Origin: Nitrospirota bacterium
GTDB taxonomy: Bacteria; Nitrospirota; JACRHJ01
Reading direction: 5' to 3'
NCBI GenBank assembly: GCA_021815285.1
Contig: JAKAHE010000001.1
Coordinates: 1 to 45,672 of the forward strand
Length of the DNA stretch: 45,672 nt
Shown piece by piece: positions 42,186 to 45,672 of this stretch (position 1 is the first letter of the stretch; every line of letters begins with the position of its first letter). The notes beneath the pieces are model-generated. The model made no database searches. It saw only the letters and a program-made list of their open reading frames with translations, and was not told the origin of the DNA. The position numbers and the translations under genes are program-made.

Positions 42186-42917
42186 TCACAATATTCCCAA
42201 TATCGATTTTATCTTCAGGAGCCAGACCACGACGAGCGCCTCGAATATTATCCCCTTGTTCATCTTGGAGATGCCGGCCCTCCTGTCGGAGAACACGATT
42301 GGGATTTCCTTCAGTTTCAACCCCTTCTTCTGGCAGAGGAAGTTCATCTCTATCTGGAACGAATAGCCGTCCGACTGAATCCGGGAGAGGTCGAGCTTCA
42401 AAAGCGCCTCCCGCCTGAAGCACTTGTAGCCGCCGGTCGTGTCGTGGAGCTTGAGGCCCGTTATCGTCCTCGCGTATACGCTTGCGAAGTATGACAGCAT
42501 AAGTCTTTTCAGAGGCCAGTTCAGAATCCGTATGCCGTCTACGTAGCGCGAGCCTATGACGACGTCTGCCTCCTTCGCCGCCTCGAGGAACTTCGGTATC
42601 TCCGCGGGGTCGTGAGAGAAGTCCGCGTCCATCTCGAATATGTAGTCGTAACCCTTGTCGATGGCGTAACGGAATCCCTCGATGTATGCCGAACCGAGCC
42701 CCATCTTGCCCGCCCTGTGCAGAACGTGGACGCGCGGGTTGGCCTGGGATATTCTGTCGGCCTCCGCCCCGGTGCCGTCCGGGGAGTTGTCGTCTACAAT
42801 CAGCGCCTCGGTAATATCCGAGACGCCGAGAACCGCGTCGATGATCTTCCCGACGTTGCTTATCTCGTTGTATGTCGGTATGACGACAAGGGCTCTCAAA
42901 CCGTTACCTCCGCGCAA
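42186..42917 (-). CDS. GT2 polyprenol-phosphate mannose/hexose synthase-like (DPM1/Ppm1-like), soluble
   Basis: VVIPTYNEISNVGKII, VDDNSPDGTG, EMDADFSHDP, GYKCFRREAL. Confidence 0.85.
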   Translation of the reverse strand: MRGGNGLRALVVIPTYNEISNVGKIIDAVLGVSDITEALIVDDNSPDGTGAEADRISQANPRVHVLHRAGKMGLGSAYIEGFRYAIDKGYDYIFEMDADFSHDPAEIPKFLEAAKEADVVIGSRYVDGIRILNWPLKRLMLSYFASVYARTITGLKLHDTTGGYKCFRREALLKLDLSRIQSDGYSFQIEMNFLCQKKGLKLKEIPIVFSDRRAGISKMNKGIIFEALVVVWLLKIKSILGIL

Positions 42918-45426
42918 GCCTGAACCGCCAGGCGAATACCGACGCTATGAACGCCAGCGCCATGAGGGAAAGGGCCACGCCTATGTGATACGTCCCCGGA
43001 GAGAATTTAAGCGCCAGCTTGTGATTTCCCTTCGGCATCGGTATCCCGCGGAGGACGTAGTCCGTGCGGTATATACGCGTCCTGACGCCGTCCACATAAG
43101 CCTTCCAGCCCGGATACCAGACCTCGGAGGCCACGAGGAACGAATTAGCCGGTGCGGACACATTTATGTCCATCTCGTCCGGGGTGTATTTCGTAACCCT
43201 GACGCTCTGGCCTGCGAGGTCTGCGGACGGGTTTATATAAAAGTCAAGCTTCCCGTTTCCGGAGACCACCGCGGCGTCGAACGGCGGGAAGCGCGGGTCG
43301 GATATTATGCCGAGCGCCTGTTCCGTGTCGTCCACCTTTATTAGCCTGTCCACGAGCCATGCGCGGGGCAGGTTGATTTTTCTTTTATAGAAATAGCAGT
43401 CCGAGTTGTCCAGGAGCTCGTACCTGTCCATCATTTCCTTCCTTGCCGCCGGGTCCGGTATCGCGCTGAAGTCGTATTCCGGCTGCTTCGGAAGAAGCAG
43501 ATAGCGCGCGTTCAGGAGATCGAGTATCGAGTTGTTCAGGGTTATGCTGTCCACCGTGTTCATGTAGTATTCGAGCGGCGCGGCATGATAGCCCGTCAGA
43601 CTTTCGATTCCGCGGATAAGAAGAAAGTTGTTGAGATTCGGCGCAAACACCCTGAAGGGTTTGTCCTTGTCCGCTTCGAGCGCCTTTATCTGCGGCGTCT
43701 GCTTGTAGAATACGCTGTCCAGCTCCGAGACCGGGACGGTTTTTATCATCGACCAGTCCACGGGCCAGAGGTCGGCGATTATAATCACGGAGACTATCAG
43801 GGTAAGATATTTCCTGTTCAGCCAGCCCTTCCTGTATATCGCCAGGAGCGCAAGCGAGACCGCCAGCACAAACGAGAAGACGAACATGTTCTTGATAAAA
43901 TAAGAAAGCCTCTCCGGCGCGTCGTCGAACTCTCCCCAGAGCATATCCCGGACCCACTGATGGTCAAGCCACCGGTTCACCGCTCCGAATATGTCCGAAT
44001 TCCAGTAAAGCGCCGTCCCGAGGACAAAGACGAGCACGGCGGCGCCCGCGGTTATGAAATAGAAAAGAGGGTCTCTCCCGGATCTGTGCGCGGCCTTCGC
44101 CTTGCTCTTTGTCTTGCCATCCAAGGCTGTCCTGGCCTTGTAATCCAGGAGATACTGCATCCCGTGCGCCGCGAGGACGCTCCCGCAGATGGGCGAGAGT
44201 ATCATTATCGCGTAAGGTATGCGGAAGATGGAGAATCCGGGGACGTATTTGTATATGTAGTAGTAAAACGGGTTGAACCCGCCCAGGGCGAGGAAGCCGG
44301 TGAGCACACCCATCCCGAGGAAAAACCACGTGCAGCGGCTCCGCCTGAACAATGCGCCGATACGACCCAGGACGACGCCCAGGACGCCGAAATAGTCCAG
44401 GGAGAGCTTAAGCCCCATCCTTCCGCGATAGAATATCCTGTCCGTAGTCGTCCCGAGGAGCCTTGCCAGCCATGGAGCAGTGGGCTCTATGGTAGGCACA
44501 GTCGGCCCGTAGTCCTTGCCCCAGCCGAACGGGTCGTGCATTATGGTATAGAGCATGTCCTCGGGCGGCATGGAAAAGGACGTGGCGAACTGGTATGAGG
44601 ACGCAGATGTCATCGTCCCGCCCTGGCCGCGCTCCGTGAACTTCTTATACTGAAACGCGGGGATGAGCACCGCCGCATAGAGAAGCGTCCCAAGCCCGAA
44701 GGCGAATACGAAACCGCCAATACCCTTAAGCGCCCACTTCCAGCCCCTGCTTCTCGAATCTGCGGCCAGCCTCATGACGAGGAACAGGACAAGCGTTATA
44801 CCGCAGTAAAACATTATCTGGATGTGCCCGCCGTAGAACATAAGCCCGACGAAAAGGCCCATCAAGGCGATGTTGAACAGGAACTCGCCGTCCAGCGCCC
44901 GGTCGAGAAACAGTAGCGCCAGCGGCAGCCAGGTCATGGTGTATATCTTCCCGCCGTGGCCGGGATATACGAGCGTAACGAGGTGCGGCGCGGACATGAA
45001 TATCAGCCCGCCGACAAACGACGCCTGCTTCGACAGTCCAATTTGCCTGAAGAACGCGAAAAGGAAGCACCCCATGAGGATGAAATGGATTATGTAGAGA
45101 TAGCCGGTTGCGAATTTCTGCGAGAAGATGAAATATATCCAGCTTCCCGGATAAAGGACATGAAAAGAGAAGCTTGCAAGGAGCGGCATCCCGGAGAATA
45201 TGTACGGGTTCCAGAGCGGCATGTAGTGATATTTGAATATGTCCTTCATCCCGATTACCTGCATCGGGTAGCTTGCCGCGATGGTATCCGTGCCGTAGGC
45301 GAAGTTCCCCGGCACGAGATATTTCCAGAAACATGCGTGCGCGATGACAATGTAAAGCAGTATGTAGACGAGGCTTGTGAAGCTTCCGTCTTTATCGTCT
45401 ATGAAATAAGACTTGATTCTCGGCAA
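42904..45426 (-). CDS. YfhO-family large polytopic membrane protein (GT-C-type glycosyltransferase)
   Basis: 840 aa. N-terminal MPLWNPYIFSGMPLLASF motif, more than 12 hydrophobic helices, a large C-terminal extracytoplasmic domain and a final transmembrane helix. Confidence 0.8.
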   Translation of the reverse strand: MPRIKSYFIDDKDGSFTSLVYILLYIVIAHACFWKYLVPGNFAYGTDTIAASYPMQVIGMKDIFKYHYMPLWNPYIFSGMPLLASFSFHVLYPGSWIYFIFSQKFATGYLYIIHFILMGCFLFAFFRQIGLSKQASFVGGLIFMSAPHLVTLVYPGHGGKIYTMTWLPLALLFLDRALDGEFLFNIALMGLFVGLMFYGGHIQIMFYCGITLVLFLVMRLAADSRSRGWKWALKGIGGFVFAFGLGTLLYAAVLIPAFQYKKFTERGQGGTMTSASSYQFATSFSMPPEDMLYTIMHDPFGWGKDYGPTVPTIEPTAPWLARLLGTTTDRIFYRGRMGLKLSLDYFGVLGVVLGRIGALFRRSRCTWFFLGMGVLTGFLALGGFNPFYYYIYKYVPGFSIFRIPYAIMILSPICGSVLAAHGMQYLLDYKARTALDGKTKSKAKAAHRSGRDPLFYFITAGAAVLVFVLGTALYWNSDIFGAVNRWLDHQWVRDMLWGEFDDAPERLSYFIKNMFVFSFVLAVSLALLAIYRKGWLNRKYLTLIVSVIIIADLWPVDWSMIKTVPVSELDSVFYKQTPQIKALEADKDKPFRVFAPNLNNFLLIRGIESLTGYHAAPLEYYMNTVDSITLNNSILDLLNARYLLLPKQPEYDFSAIPDPAARKEMMDRYELLDNSDCYFYKRKINLPRAWLVDRLIKVDDTEQALGIISDPRFPPFDAAVVSGNGKLDFYINPSADLAGQSVRVTKYTPDEMDINVSAPANSFLVASEVWYPGWKAYVDGVRTRIYRTDYVLRGIPMPKGNHKLALKFSPGTYHIGVALSLMALAFIASVFAWRFRLARR

Positions 45427-45441
45427 AGGACTCTCCTTTTG

Positions 45442-45672
45442 CTATTTCCCCAGCAGGTATTCCGCGCCCATTACGAATAGCTCACGCGCCGCCGGAACCG
45501 CTCCCAGCGGGGAGCGCCTCGTTTTCCAGCCGTAGCGTATTTCGTGCGACGGGCTGAAAAGATAATGTTCCTCCGCGAGTATTTTCAGCCCGGCTGAGGC
45601 TGCCAGCTTCCTGAAGCCCGAAATCGTCATCCGGCACTGTTTCAGTTCCGCTATCGCCGCAATCGCCTCCGC
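45442..45672 (-). CDS. 3' part of a gene whose start lies beyond the right edge; function unknown, C-terminus reminiscent of a methyltransferase
   Basis: The track lists only 45442..45630 from an internal Met. Reading upstream gives AEAIAAIAELKQCR with no stop up to base 45672. Confidence 0.4.
   Translation of the reverse strand, partial: AEAIAAIAELKQCRMTISGFRKLAASAGLKILAEEHYLFSPSHEIRYGWKTRRSPLGAVPAARELFVMGAEYLLGK

Noticed and set aside
45442-45630. Track ORF as a complete 62-aa gene
   Set aside because: The frame is open upstream of the Met to the window edge (AEAIAAIAELKQCR...), so this is most likely the tail of a longer gene rather than a small independent protein.

Overview
45.7-kb bacterial chromosomal segment with GC-rich coding DNA, short AT-rich spacers and mostly minus-strand genes. 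I support 56 coding regions, two tRNA-Ser genes and an SRP RNA. Two coding regions run off the window edges and are missing from the supplied ORF track: an HdrB-HdrC-like fusion at 1-1280 and a partial gene at 45442-45672. Many track ORFs are antisense shadows or carry false N-terminal extensions; I trimmed those to starts that fit the upstream stop, a Shine-Dalgarno-like purine run or the homologous N-terminus. Gene content suggests an anaerobe; I cannot place the taxon. Core content, left to right: an Hdr-like iron-sulfur protein; a membrane/GAF pair and an orphan PAS histidine kinase; HAD hydrolase, a HydG-type radical SAM and a ThiS-ThiF fusion; an ABC-2 exporter pair with a family-5 binding protein; secG and tpiA; a flavin reductase and hicB/hicA; flavodoxin, a DksA-like protein and Hsp20; amidase-gerM-murI; a heptaheme cytochrome c and a cupin; porGDAB; recR-ybaB-dnaX-ffs; two tRNA-Ser; a Mor-like regulator; ispB-like, AMMECR1 and a Rieske/cytochrome b6/subunit IV complex; and a GYD protein. 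The most unusual region is the right third (31964 to the window end). It is a single 14-gene minus-strand operon that combines two polyprenyl-phosphate-sugar synthase-type GT2s, two large GT-C-like membrane proteins (YfhO, DUF2142), two tandem B12-radical SAM enzymes, a flippase-like protein, a methyltransferase, a split Alg14/Alg13 glycosyltransferase, two more GT2s and DUF2304. It has none of the usual Wzx/Wzy or ABC polysaccharide machinery. Other items worth a second look are an atypical divergent hicB/hicA locus with a zinc-ribbon gene in the antitoxin position; a tandem pair of 98-aa membrane-protein paralogues; a HydG-type enzyme beside ThiS-ThiF with no room for a thiamine riboswitch; a binding protein coupled to an exporter-type ABC system; and several families of palindromic intergenic repeats. 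All family calls come from reading motifs by eye. No database search was run.
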